From: Eubacteriales bacterium
GTDB taxonomy: Bacteria; Bacillota; Clostridia; Oscillospirales; RGIG577
Reading direction: 5' to 3'
Assembly (NCBI GenBank): GCA_050943735.1
Contig: JBMNPT010000003.1
Coordinates: 99,533 to 163,532, forward strand
DNA length: 64,000 nt
Part shown: in pieces, positions 9,519 through 18,608 of the stretch
How positions within the stretch are numbered: the stretch's first letter is position 1
Layout of the letters: every line of letters starts with the position of its first letter
The notes under the pieces: generated by a model
The model's input: only the letters and a program-made list of their open reading frames with translations
What the model was told of the DNA's origin: nothing
Databases searched by the model: none
Program-made: the position numbers and the translations under genes

Positions 9519-9547
9519 TTGCAATCCGCCCGGTGGTATGCTATTAT
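9519..9547 (+). promoter_or_regulatory. promoter (TTGCAA-N17-TATTAT) of rpsB-tsf
   Basis: Hexamers at 9519-9524 and 9542-9547. This leaves a GC-rich 5' leader of about 110 nt before rpsB. Confidence 0.5.
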
Positions 9548-9662
9548 ATAACAGTTAGAAAATACACACATTATGCAGTGGCGGGCCCGGTGCCTTGCAG
9601 GTTCGAGGTCACCTGTCACACATGCGTAGTGGAGGAGTAACCAAAAACAGGAGGAAAGACAA

Positions 9663-10394
9663 ATGGCAGTAATTTCTATGAAGCAATTGTTGGAAGCAGG
9701 CGTCCACTTTGGTCACCAGACCAGAAGATGGAACCCCAAGATGGCCGAGTACATCTTCACCGAGAGAAACGGCATCTACATCATCGACCTGCAGAAGACC
9801 GTGAAGAAGGTGGAAGAAGCTTACTTCTTCATGAGAGATCTGGCCGCTGAAGGCAAGAGCGTGCTGTTCGTAGGCACCAAGAAGCAGGCCACCGAGTCCA
9901 TCCGCGAGGAGGCTACCCGGGTTGGCATGTACTATGTAAACGCCAGATGGTTGGGCGGCATGCTGACCAACTTCGGCACCATCCAGAAGCGGATCAAGCG
10001 TCTGGAGCAGCTGCACAAGATGGAAGAGGACGGCACCTTTGAACTGCTGCCCAAGAAGGAAGTAATCAAGCTGAAGCTGCAGATGGAAAAGCTGGAAAAG
10101 TTCCTGGGCGGTATCAAGGAAATGAAGACTCTGCCCGGCGCACTGTTTGTAGTGGATCCCCGCAAGGAAAAGATCGCCATTGCAGAAGCTCGTAAGCTGG
10201 GTATCCCCGTAGTGGCTATTGTAGACACCAACTGTGATCCCGACGAAGTGGATTACGTAATCCCCGGAAACGATGACGCCATCCGTGCGGTGAAGCTGAT
10301 CGCTTCCACCATGGCCGATGCCATCGTAGAGGGCAGACAGGGCGAACAGTTTACCGAAGAGGAAGCTCCCGCTGAGGAAGCCGCTGCTCAATAA
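9663..10394 (+). CDS. rpsB: 30S ribosomal protein S2
   Basis: [27 protein letters not shown] is the canonical S2 N-terminus. Confidence 0.97.
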   Translation: MAVISMKQLLEAGVHFGHQTRRWNPKMAEYIFTERNGIYIIDLQKTVKKVEEAYFFMRDLAAEGKSVLFVGTKKQATESIREEATRVGMYYVNARWLGGMLTNFGTIQKRIKRLEQLHKMEEDGTFELLPKKEVIKLKLQMEKLEKFLGGIKEMKTLPGALFVVDPRKEKIAIAEARKLGIPVVAIVDTNCDPDEVDYVIPGNDDAIRAVKLIASTMADAIVEGRQGEQFTEEEAPAEEAAAQ

Positions 10395-10410
10395 GCTCAA
10401 AATAAAAAAT

Positions 10411-10441
10411 GGATAGCCCGATTGTAGGATCGGGCTATTTT
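10411..10441 (+). terminator. intergenic hairpin (partial terminator) between rpsB and tsf
   Basis: Stem atagcccgat / atcgggctat followed by ttt. Confidence 0.45.
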
Positions 10442-10480
10442 CAAAAAACAGGATTTTAGAAAATACAGGAGGAAATGAAA

Positions 10481-11398
10481 ATGGCTTTTACTGCTAAGGA
10501 CGTTGCAACACTGCGCGCCAAGACCAACTGTGGCATGATGGACTGCAAAAAGGCTCTGACCGAGGCTGATGGTGATATGGAAAAGGCTGCTGAGATCCTG
10601 CGTGAAAAGGGTCTGGCTGCTTCTGTGAAGAAGGCTGGCCGTATTGCGGCTGAAGGCGTGGTGCTGGCCAAGGTGGAAAATGGCGTAGGCGCTGTGGTGG
10701 AAGTAAATGCTGAAACCGACTTTGTGGCCAAGAATGCCATGTTCCAGGAATTTGTAAATGGGGTGCTGGATACCATCATCAAGGAGAATCCCGCTGATGT
10801 AGAGGATCTGCTCACCAAGAAGATCAACGATAAGTACACTGTGGACGAGGAGCTGAAGAACAACATCCTCACCATCGGTGAAAATATGAAGATTCGTCGT
10901 TTTGTGCGTTACGAAGGCGGCGTAACTGCTTATGTGCATGGCGGCGGCCGTATCGGCGTGCTGGTGCAGTTCACCGGCGACGATGCTGTGATCAACAATC
11001 CTGCTTTTGCGGAAGTGGGCAAGGATGTGGCTATGCAGATCGCTGCTCTCAATCCCAGCTATCTGAACCCCGAAAGTGTTCCCGCTGAGGATCTGGAAAA
11101 GGAAAAGGAAATTCTGCTGGCGCAGATCGCCAACGATCCCAAGAATGCCAAGAAGCCCGATGCCGTAAAGGAAAAGATGGTTACCGGCCGTATCAACAAG
11201 TTCTACGAGCTGAACACTCTGACCAACCAGGCATTTGTCAAGGACGGCAACATGTCTGTGAAGGCTTATGTGGACGCAGAAGCCAAGAAACTGGGCGGTT
11301 CTGTTGTGATCGCAGGCTTTACCCGTTTTGAAAAGGGCGAAGGTCTGGAAAAGAAGGAAGAGAATTTTGCTGACGAAATCGCGAAGATGGTCAAGTAA
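10481..11398 (+). CDS. tsf: translation elongation factor Ts
   Basis: MAFTAKDVATLRAKTNCGMMDCKKAL is the UBA-like N-terminus of EF-Ts. The ATG at 10481 lies 8 nt after AGGAGG. Confidence 0.95.
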   Translation: MAFTAKDVATLRAKTNCGMMDCKKALTEADGDMEKAAEILREKGLAASVKKAGRIAAEGVVLAKVENGVGAVVEVNAETDFVAKNAMFQEFVNGVLDTIIKENPADVEDLLTKKINDKYTVDEELKNNILTIGENMKIRRFVRYEGGVTAYVHGGGRIGVLVQFTGDDAVINNPAFAEVGKDVAMQIAALNPSYLNPESVPAEDLEKEKEILLAQIANDPKNAKKPDAVKEKMVTGRINKFYELNTLTNQAFVKDGNMSVKAYVDAEAKKLGGSVVIAGFTRFEKGEGLEKKEENFADEIAKMVK

Positions 11399-11414
11399 TT
11401 TCCATTGAAAATGA

Positions 11415-11445
11415 AAAGGCTCCGGGGAAATCCGGAGCCTTTTTG
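11415..11445. terminator. bidirectional terminator
   Basis: aaaaggctccgg ggaaa tccggagcctttt, between convergent tsf and the XRE gene. Confidence 0.7.
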
Positions 11446-11449
11446 TGTT

Positions 11450-11653
11450 TTATTGTGACGGAGTAAAAAGCTGATCCACTGTGAGCTGTAATTCCCGGGC
11501 CAGATGAAAAGCCAGGGATAGGGTGGGGTCATATTTGTTGTTTTCTATGGCGTTGACCGTCTGCCGGGATACCCCACACCGTTTGGCCAGTTCTTCCTGA
11601 GACAATCCCAGCTCTTTGCGCCGATTTCGAATGATGTTTTTCATATCAGCCAC
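11450..11653 (-). CDS. XRE-family helix-turn-helix transcriptional regulator (67 aa)
   Basis: IRNRRKELGLSQEELAKRCGVSRQTVNAIENNKYDPTLSLAFHLA is a classic Cro/CI HTH. Confidence 0.85.
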   Translation of the reverse strand: MADMKNIIRNRRKELGLSQEELAKRCGVSRQTVNAIENNKYDPTLSLAFHLARELQLTVDQLFTPSQ

Positions 11654-11936
11654 TATGCCTTGCTCTGTAGTAGAGGAGAGAGGCGAAATAGATGATGGCC
11701 ATGACCTCCAGCTGGACCAGCGGGTTCATTTCCAATCTCTGTGCCTGTACAAAACACACAATTACGTCCAGCAATGTGCTTCCGGCAATGGCTAGCAGAG
11801 TAAATGCGCTGGCTTTCCACACAATGATCTGATTGCGTTCATCGCCTGGATACAGTAGGGAAAACAGCATGATGAAATCCAATGCAGCGAATATCAGCAG
11901 CATGACTCCCAGAAAAATAATGGCAGAATTCGGCAT
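11646..11936 (-). CDS. small integral membrane protein (3 predicted TM segments), co-transcribed with the XRE regulator
   Basis: 96 aa and hydrophobic. AGGAG lies 6 nt upstream, and the gene overlaps the XRE gene by 8 nt. Confidence 0.6.
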   Translation of the reverse strand: MPNSAIIFLGVMLLIFAALDFIMLFSLLYPGDERNQIIVWKASAFTLLAIAGSTLLDVIVCFVQAQRLEMNPLVQLEVMAIIYFASLLYYRARHSG

Positions 11937-11958
11937 AATTGACTCCTTTCCAGTGGAT

Positions 11959-12014
11959 AAAATGTAAAATACTTTTTACATTTTGATTTTACTTCATGAC
12001 TAATATAATGTCAA
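11959..12014 (-). promoter_or_regulatory. promoter (TTGACA-N17-TAAAAT, minus strand) with an 11-bp-arm palindromic operator just downstream of -10
   Basis: On the plus strand, tgtcaa at 12009-12014 is the -35 and atttta at 11986-11991 is the -10. The palindrome aaaatgtaaaa-tact-ttttacatttt spans 11959-11984. Confidence 0.55.
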
Positions 12015-12104
12015 GAGTTTTTTACATTATATCAAATGGATGGAATTCATTTTGTTTTATGTTTTTCATGATTGCTGCCAATCAAAAAATATATCCATAT
12101 ACAA

Positions 12105-12133
12105 TTGCCAAACAGTGCTTTTTGATGTAAAAT
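12105..12133 (+). promoter_or_regulatory. promoter (TTGCCA-N17-TAAAAT) upstream of pyrH
   Basis: Hexamers at 12105-12110 and 12128-12133. Confidence 0.5.
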
Positions 12134-12192
12134 AAGATAAATATGATGTGCTGTCAGTTGTAAAATCAGACGACGCAGGAGTGGAGGTTTTT

Positions 12193-12897
12193 ATGATACC
12201 AAAATATAAGCGGGTACTTTTGAAGATCAGTGGCGAGGCTCTGGCAGGGGAGGATCGTTTTGGTCTCAACAGCGACATCATCGATCAAGTCACTGATAAG
12301 ATTCGTCAAGTAGTGGATATGGGTGTGGAATTGGGCATCGTAGTAGGCGGTGGCAATTTCTGGCGGGGACGCCAGGGAACCAATATGGACCGTACCCGGG
12401 CGGATCATATGGGTATGTTGGCTACAGTGATGAATTCTCTGGCCCTGCAGGACGCCTTGGAGCATCGTGGAATTCCCACGCGGGTGCAAACCGCCATTGA
12501 GATGCGTCAAATTGCCGAGCCCTACATTCGGGGAAAGGCTGTGCGGCATTTGGAGAAAAAGCGTGTGGTGATTTTTGCCTCCGGCATTGGCAATCCCTTT
12601 TTCTCTACTGATACGGCGGCGGCTTTGCGTGCTGCGGAGATTGATGCGGAAGTGATTCTGCTGGCCAAAAAAGTGGATGGTGTATACAGTGCCGATCCCA
12701 ATCTGGATCCCACCGCAGTGAAATATGATACATTGAGTTACGATGATGTTCTTTCGCAGCATTTGGGCGTAATGGATTCCACGGCCACATCGCTCTGTAT
12801 GGACAATCACATCCCCATTCTAGTTTTTGCACTGGGAGACGGCAGTGGAATTTTACAGGCCATTTCCGGGCAAAACATTGGCACTTTGGTGAAGTAA
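12193..12897 (+). CDS. pyrH: UMP kinase
   Basis: [19 protein letters not shown], plus GGGNFWRG. The ATG at 12193 follows GGAGG. Confidence 0.95.
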   Translation: MIPKYKRVLLKISGEALAGEDRFGLNSDIIDQVTDKIRQVVDMGVELGIVVGGGNFWRGRQGTNMDRTRADHMGMLATVMNSLALQDALEHRGIPTRVQTAIEMRQIAEPYIRGKAVRHLEKKRVVIFASGIGNPFFSTDTAAALRAAEIDAEVILLAKKVDGVYSADPNLDPTAVKYDTLSYDDVLSQHLGVMDSTATSLCMDNHIPILVFALGDGSGILQAISGQNIGTLVK

Positions 12898-12928
12898 GTA
12901 CAAATTTACTGATGAGGAGAAATGTAAT

Positions 12929-13483
12929 ATGAACACCCTTTTGAGCATCCATGAGGAAAAAATGCAAAAATCCATCAAGTCTCTTTTGGCTGATTTTGAC
13001 ACCGTCCGTGCAGGCCGTGCCAATCCTGTGGTACTGGATCAGATTCGGGTGGACTATTATGGTGCCCCCACACCCATTAACGGATTGGCGGCAATTTCTG
13101 TTCCGGATCCCCATATGCTGGTGATTTCTCCCTGGGACAAGAGCTGTCTCAAGAGCATTGAAAAAGCCATTTCTGCTTCTGAGCTGGGCATCCATCCCCA
13201 AAATGACGGCAGTGTAATCCGTCTGGCGTTTCCCCAGTTGACCGAAGAGCGCAGAAAAGAGCTGGTCAAACAGGTTCAGAAAAAGGGCGAAGGCGGTAAA
13301 ATTGCCATTCGTTCCATTCGTCGGGATGCCATGGAAAAAGCCAAGGCCATGGAAAAGAAAAAAGAAATCACTGAAGATGATCTCAAGCAGCTGGAAAAGA
13401 AAATTCAGGACATGCACGATAAATACATCAAGGAAGTGGAAGCTGCCACAGCTAAAAAGGAAAAGGAGATCATGGCGATCTGA
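12929..13483 (+). CDS. frr: ribosome recycling factor
   Basis: 184 aa. Contains VRAGRANPVVLDQIRVDYYG and LTEERRKELVK. Confidence 0.95.
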   Translation: MNTLLSIHEEKMQKSIKSLLADFDTVRAGRANPVVLDQIRVDYYGAPTPINGLAAISVPDPHMLVISPWDKSCLKSIEKAISASELGIHPQNDGSVIRLAFPQLTEERRKELVKQVQKKGEGGKIAIRSIRRDAMEKAKAMEKKKEITEDDLKQLEKKIQDMHDKYIKEVEAATAKKEKEIMAI

Positions 13484-13500
13484 CGTCTGCAGACAAAGGT

Positions 13501-13529
13501 TGGGCCAGCGATGCTGGCCCACACTTTTT
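13501..13529 (+). terminator. terminator after frr
   Basis: tgggccagc gat gctggccca followed by cacttttt. Confidence 0.6.
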
Positions 13530-13563
13530 GCTGTTGAATGATAGATACAAGAGAGGATAAGCT

Positions 13564-14301
13564 ATGCTATTGTTTGAGCAAAAGCCCGGACGTCTGGAAG
13601 GGATGGAAATTCCAGCCCATATTGGTATCATTATGGACGGCAATGGCAGATGGGCCAAAAAGCGAGGACTCCCCCGTAGTGCCGGACATAAGTTTGGTGC
13701 CGAGGCCTTTAAAAAAATAGTCACCTATGCCCGGGATATTGGGGTACAGTATCTGACGGTATATGCATTTTCCACCGAGAATTGGAAACGGCCCCAGGAG
13801 GAAATTGACAACATTTGCAGCCTGCTGCATCAATATATTCGAGAAGCCATGGGGAGTTTGGGCAAAGAAAACATTCGTATGCAGTTTATTGGGGATGTGA
13901 CAGCCTTTGATCCGGCGCTTCAACAGGAAATCAGAGAAATTGAAGAAGAGAGCAGGACCAATGATGGGCTGCATCTGAACATTGGGCTGAACTACGGAGG
14001 GCGTGATGAATTGGTGCATGCCTTTCAAACCATGGCCCAGCTGGTCAAAAATGGACAGCTGTCCCCAGAGCAGATTGATGAAGATAAGATTCAATCCTAT
14101 CTGTATACAGCAGGTCAGCCAGATCCTGATTTGATTATTCGTCCCAGCGGAGAATTCAGGCTTTCCAATTTTCTTATGTGGCAGAGCGCTTACAGCGAGC
14201 TTTGGTTTTCCAATATCCTCTGGCCGGACTTCAAACCGGCGGATTTGGACCAGGCGATTATTGATTACAACAGTCGTTCCAGACGATTTGGGGGGATATG
14301 A
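13564..14301 (+). CDS. uppS: isoprenyl transferase (undecaprenyl diphosphate synthase)
   Basis: Contains HIGIIMDGNGRWA and FSTENWKRP motifs. Confidence 0.93.
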   Translation: MLLFEQKPGRLEGMEIPAHIGIIMDGNGRWAKKRGLPRSAGHKFGAEAFKKIVTYARDIGVQYLTVYAFSTENWKRPQEEIDNICSLLHQYIREAMGSLGKENIRMQFIGDVTAFDPALQQEIREIEEESRTNDGLHLNIGLNYGGRDELVHAFQTMAQLVKNGQLSPEQIDEDKIQSYLYTAGQPDPDLIIRPSGEFRLSNFLMWQSAYSELWFSNILWPDFKPADLDQAIIDYNSRSRRFGGI

Positions 14302-15111
14302 ATGGCAACACGCATCAAGACCGGCCTGATTATGGCAGTGGTATTCATCGGGGTGATGCTGCTTTCTCACACAGTGGTATTGCACATTGCCATAGCGGCA
14401 GTGAGTTTTATTGCATTGGGAGAAGTCTATAATATTTCACTCCGGCAATGTCCCTATTGGGTTCGGATTCCCGGATTGATTTTTTCAGTGGCCTATCCGC
14501 TCAGTGCTCTTATTCCCGAAATTCCCTATGCCGCGCTGGTCTATGTGCTGATGGTGAGTCTGTTCATTATGCAGCTGAAAAATGTGGATATCATTCACAT
14601 CAAAGACATTGCCATTGCTTTTATCTTTGCCTATTTGATTTCTGTTACCATTTCCACTGTGCTGCTGATCCGTCAATTGCCGGATGGAGCGTACATGATT
14701 TATATGGTGTTTATCATTCCATGGATGTCCGATACATTGGCCTACTTTTTCGGCCGCGCCTTTGGTAAAAAGAAACTCTGTCCGCACATCAGCCCCAATA
14801 AAACAGTGGTAGGTGCTGTATTTGGTGTATTGGGCGGAGCGGTGGCTGTGCTCCTGTTCGATCTGGTGCTGACTTATGTTTTGCATCTCAAAACCCAGAA
14901 TATGGGCATTTTCCTGGTGGTGGGTATTTTCTGTTCCGTTATCAGCGAAATTGGAGATCTGTCTGCCTCCATTGTCAAACGGCAATTTGGCGCCAAGGAT
15001 TATGGAAGCATTTTCCCAGGGCATGGAGGAATGATGGACCGTTTTGACAGCGTATTTTTTGTGGCTCCCATCATTTATTATTTCATGCAGTTTTTTCAAA
15101 TCATTCAATGA
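14302..15111 (+). CDS. cdsA: phosphatidate cytidylyltransferase
   Basis: SIVKRQFGAKDYGSIFPGHGGMMDRFDS is the CDS signature. The start directly abuts the uppS stop. Confidence 0.9.
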   Translation: MATRIKTGLIMAVVFIGVMLLSHTVVLHIAIAAVSFIALGEVYNISLRQCPYWVRIPGLIFSVAYPLSALIPEIPYAALVYVLMVSLFIMQLKNVDIIHIKDIAIAFIFAYLISVTISTVLLIRQLPDGAYMIYMVFIIPWMSDTLAYFFGRAFGKKKLCPHISPNKTVVGAVFGVLGGAVAVLLFDLVLTYVLHLKTQNMGIFLVVGIFCSVISEIGDLSASIVKRQFGAKDYGSIFPGHGGMMDRFDSVFFVAPIIYYFMQFFQIIQ

Positions 15112-15124
15112 AAACTGGCAAAGC

Positions 15125-15167
15125 CAGAGGGCAATTCCCATTTCAGCGGATTTGCCCTCTTTTTTTG
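15125..15167 (+). terminator. terminator after cdsA
   Basis: cagagggcaa ... ttgccctct followed by tttttt. Confidence 0.65.
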
Positions 15168-15180
15168 TCCTGAGCGTAAA

Positions 15181-15210
15181 TTGACAGAGCAAGTCAGCTC
15201 ATGGTATGAT
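15181..15210 (+). promoter_or_regulatory. promoter (TTGACA-N18-TATGAT, with TGg extended -10)
   Basis: Hexamers at 15181-15186 and 15205-15210. Confidence 0.5.
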
Positions 15211-15234
15211 GATGGTCAGGAAGAGAATACAAGC

Positions 15235-15275
15235 AGGCCCTGAGATGGACTTCTCCGATTCTCAGGGCCTTTTTT
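15235..15275 (+). terminator. terminator-like hairpin inside the dxr leader (attenuator or end of a short RNA)
   Basis: 11-bp stem aggccctgaga / tctcagggcct (15235-15245 / 15260-15270) followed by ttttt. It lies 25 nt after the -10 box, and the dxr RBS is 5 nt further downstream. Confidence 0.45.
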
Positions 15276-15293
15276 CACACAGGAGTGAATGTT

Positions 15294-16451
15294 ATGAAAA
15301 AAATCGCAGTATTGGGAAGTACTGGCTCCATCGGTACACAGACTCTGCAGGTGGTGCGCCATCTGGGCAACTATCAGGTCTGTGCACTGGCAGCCGGAGG
15401 AAATGTGGATCTCATCGAAAAACAAGCCAGAGAATTTCATGTGCCCATGGTAGCTTTGACGGATCCTCAGCGAGCACGGGAACTCAAAGACCGTCTGGCT
15501 GACACTGACATTCAGGTGATGAGCGGGGTAGAGGGCATGGTGGCCTGCGCAGCCGAAAGCGGTGCCGATGTGGTGCTGTCTGCCATTATGGGCATTGCGG
15601 GACTCACCCCCACTGTGGCAGCCATCCGAGCGCACAAAACCATTGCACTGGCCAACAAGGAAACATTGGTGGCAGGCGGTGATTTTGTCACAGATCTAGC
15701 CAAAAGCCATGGTGTGGCCATGTTGCCGGTGGACAGCGAGCACAGTGCCATTTTTCAGAGCATGCAGGGTTGTCAGGATAAAAAGCAGATTAAAAAGTTG
15801 CTTCTCACCGCTTCCGGCGGCCCCTTTTTCGGTTGGACCCGGGAACAGCTGCAAAATGTAACGGTGGCACAGGCGCTCAAACATCCCAACTGGAGTATGG
15901 GAGCCAAAATCACCATCGACAGCGCCACGTTGATGAATAAAGGCTTGGAATTTATTGAGGCCATGCGACTGTTTTCCGTTCGACCTGATCAAATTCAGGT
16001 GGTAGTTCATCGGGAGAGCATAATCCACTCTATGGTGGAGTATGCTGATAACAGTATATTGGCCCAGCTGGGCAGTCCTGATATGGCTCATCCCATTCAG
16101 TACGCACTGACTTATCCTGATCGTCTCCCGGCGGAAACTGCGGAAGTGGACTTTGCCAAATTGGCGAAAATGACCTTTTATGCTGCGGACACCGAAACAT
16201 TCCGCTGTTTGGCACTGGCCATGGAAGCTGCCCGTCAGGGCGGCAGTGTCCCTTGTGCCCTCAATGGAGCCAATGAGGCAGCGGTAGCGCTCTTCTTGCG
16301 GGGGAGCATTGGATTTTTGGATATTGCCGATCTGGTGGAAGGAACTTTGGAAAAGCATCAGCGGACCCAGCCTTCCAGTTTGGAGGAAATTGGTGAAATT
16401 GACCGCTGGGCCCGTCGGTGCGTAGAGCAGCTGGCGCAAAAGAAAGGGTGA
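15294..16451 (+). CDS. dxr: 1-deoxy-D-xylulose 5-phosphate reductoisomerase
   Basis: MKKIAVLGSTGSIGTQTL is the NADPH-binding N-terminus. The ATG at 15294 lies 8 nt after AGGAG. Confidence 0.93.
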   Translation: MKKIAVLGSTGSIGTQTLQVVRHLGNYQVCALAAGGNVDLIEKQAREFHVPMVALTDPQRARELKDRLADTDIQVMSGVEGMVACAAESGADVVLSAIMGIAGLTPTVAAIRAHKTIALANKETLVAGGDFVTDLAKSHGVAMLPVDSEHSAIFQSMQGCQDKKQIKKLLLTASGGPFFGWTREQLQNVTVAQALKHPNWSMGAKITIDSATLMNKGLEFIEAMRLFSVRPDQIQVVVHRESIIHSMVEYADNSILAQLGSPDMAHPIQYALTYPDRLPAETAEVDFAKLAKMTFYAADTETFRCLALAMEAARQGGSVPCALNGANEAAVALFLRGSIGFLDIADLVEGTLEKHQRTQPSSLEEIGEIDRWARRCVEQLAQKKG

Positions 16452-17521
16452 ATGGTATTTACATCGCAATTGCAATTGTCATTTTTGGTTTGCTTATACT
16501 CTCTCATGAAGCCGGTCACTATTTCATGGCCCGGCTGATGGGAATTCGGGTATTGGAATTTTCAGTGGGGATGGGACCGGCCATCTGGCAAAAGCAAAAG
16601 GGAGATACCCTGTATGCGCTGCGTCTTCTTCCTCTGGGCGGCTACTGCCAGATGGAGGGCGAGGACGATGAAGTGCAGGATGAACACTCCTTTGGAGCCA
16701 AGCCGGTATGGGCCCGTTTTCTGGTGCTCTTTTCGGGTGCAGCAGTCAATTTGCTCACAGGTTTTATTGTACTGCTGATCATCTATAGCGCCAACAGTGG
16801 CTGCTGGACCACTACGGTGGAGAGTTTTCGCCAGGAAAACGCACCCAGTGCTCAGGCGGGCCTGCAGGAAGGGGATACCATTTTGCGGCTCAACAACCTC
16901 ACCATTCATACAGCGGATGACATCAGCTATTTCCTCAGTCGATACAGTGAGGAAGAGGTGGATATCACCGTACTGCGAAATGGGGAAAAGCTGGTGATCC
17001 AGGATGTAACCTTCCCCTATACCGAATACGACAAAAGTGAAATCACCGGGGATGCCCGGGATGCGGGGCAAACGGTCCGTATTTACCAGCGGGATTTTGA
17101 CCTGGGGGTTGTGAAAAACAATCCCTGGCTGGTGTTGCGCAGTTCCTTTTACGATTCCATCAACACCGCGAAACTGATTTGGGTCAGCTTTTTTGATCTC
17201 ATCACCGGCAATGTTCCCATGAGCGATCTGGCCGGACCGGTGGGAGTCACCACCGTGATCAGCGATGCGGCGCAGGCTGGCTGGCGCAATCTGGCCAATA
17301 TTGTGGTACTGATCGCCATCAATCTGGGCGTGCTCAATTTGCTGCCGCTGCCCGCTCTGGACGGTGGACGGATTGTGTTTCTGGCGGTGGAAGCCGTACT
17401 GGGACGGCCAGTGCCGCCCAAATATGAAGGATATGTGCATTTTACCGGTCTGGTGCTGTTGATGGGGCTCTTTGTGCTCATCACCTTCCAGGATATCATC
17501 CGGCTGGCTGTGAATCTGTGA
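16448..17521 (+). CDS. rseP: RIP metalloprotease RseP (site-2 protease)
   Basis: Contains the HEAGHY zinc motif, a PDZ-like middle region and NLLPLPALDGG. The GTG at 16448 overlaps the dxr stop. Confidence 0.88.
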   Translation: MNGIYIAIAIVIFGLLILSHEAGHYFMARLMGIRVLEFSVGMGPAIWQKQKGDTLYALRLLPLGGYCQMEGEDDEVQDEHSFGAKPVWARFLVLFSGAAVNLLTGFIVLLIIYSANSGCWTTTVESFRQENAPSAQAGLQEGDTILRLNNLTIHTADDISYFLSRYSEEEVDITVLRNGEKLVIQDVTFPYTEYDKSEITGDARDAGQTVRIYQRDFDLGVVKNNPWLVLRSSFYDSINTAKLIWVSFFDLITGNVPMSDLAGPVGVTTVISDAAQAGWRNLANIVVLIAINLGVLNLLPLPALDGGRIVFLAVEAVLGRPVPPKYEGYVHFTGLVLLMGLFVLITFQDIIRLAVNL

Positions 17522-17534
17522 GGAGTGAAAACAG

Positions 17535-18590
17535 ATGAAAAGAAGAAAAACCAACCCCATTCATGTGGGGAATGTACAAGTGGGCGGAGGAGCCCCCATC
17601 GCGGTCCAGTCCATGTGCAATACCGACACCCGGGATGTGGCGGCCACAGTGGCCCAGATTCACCGGATGGAGCAGGCGGGATGTGATATCACCCGGGTGG
17701 CCGTGGTGGATCAGCAGGCGGCCCGGGCCATTTATGAGATCAAACAACAGGTGAACATCCCCATTGTGGCGGATATTCACTTTGACTATCGTCTGGCGCT
17801 GGAGTGTGTGGCGGCGGGTGTGGACAAAATTCGCATCAATCCCGGCAACATCGGAGGAGACGATCACGTAAAGGCTGTGGCGGATGCCTGCCGTACCCAT
17901 AACATTCCCATCCGCATCGGGGTAAATGGCGGTTCGCTGGAAAAGGAAATTTTGGCCAAATATGGGCGTCCCTGTCCCGAGGCATTGGTCGAAAGCGCTC
18001 TGTACCATGTGTCCCTGCTGGAGAAATTTGACTTTGACCAGATTGCCATTTCCATCAAATCTTCCAATGTACAAGATATGATCGATGGCTACCGTCTGCT
18101 CAGCTCGGAGACCTTTTACCCGCTGCACCTGGGTGTCACCGAAGCAGGAACCTATCACATGGGGCTTTTGAAGTCCGCCATTGGCATTGGCAGCCTGCTG
18201 TGCGATGGCATCGGCGATACGTTACGGGTGTCGCTCACCGACGATCCTGTGTTGGAAATCGGTGCCGGACTGGATATTCTCAAAGCCTGTGGATTGCGGG
18301 AAGACGGGATTCGTTTTGTTTCCTGTCCCACTTGCGGCCGCTGTTCCATTGATCTTATTTCCCTGGCCAAACGGGCTGAAACAGAATTGGCCGATATCCG
18401 TAAACCGGTGAAGGTGGCCATTATGGGATGCGTGGTCAACGGCCCCGGTGAGGCCAGAGAAGCGGATATTGGAATTGCCGGAGGCGGCGGAGAGGGAATT
18501 CTCTTCAAAAAGGGAGAAATTCTCCGCCGGGTGCCCTATGATGAGATTCTCGCGGCACTGCGCGAGGAAATTGAAAAACTGGACGTGTAA
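17535..18590 (+). CDS. ispG: 4-hydroxy-3-methylbut-2-en-1-yl diphosphate synthase
   Basis: 351 aa. Contains VQSMCNTDT, RINPGNIG and CPTCGRC motifs. Confidence 0.93.
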   Translation: MKRRKTNPIHVGNVQVGGGAPIAVQSMCNTDTRDVAATVAQIHRMEQAGCDITRVAVVDQQAARAIYEIKQQVNIPIVADIHFDYRLALECVAAGVDKIRINPGNIGGDDHVKAVADACRTHNIPIRIGVNGGSLEKEILAKYGRPCPEALVESALYHVSLLEKFDFDQIAISIKSSNVQDMIDGYRLLSSETFYPLHLGVTEAGTYHMGLLKSAIGIGSLLCDGIGDTLRVSLTDDPVLEIGAGLDILKACGLREDGIRFVSCPTCGRCSIDLISLAKRAETELADIRKPVKVAIMGCVVNGPGEAREADIGIAGGGGEGILFKKGEILRRVPYDEILAALREEIEKLDV

Positions 18591-18608
18591 ACAGGAAAGG
18601 AAAGCCCC

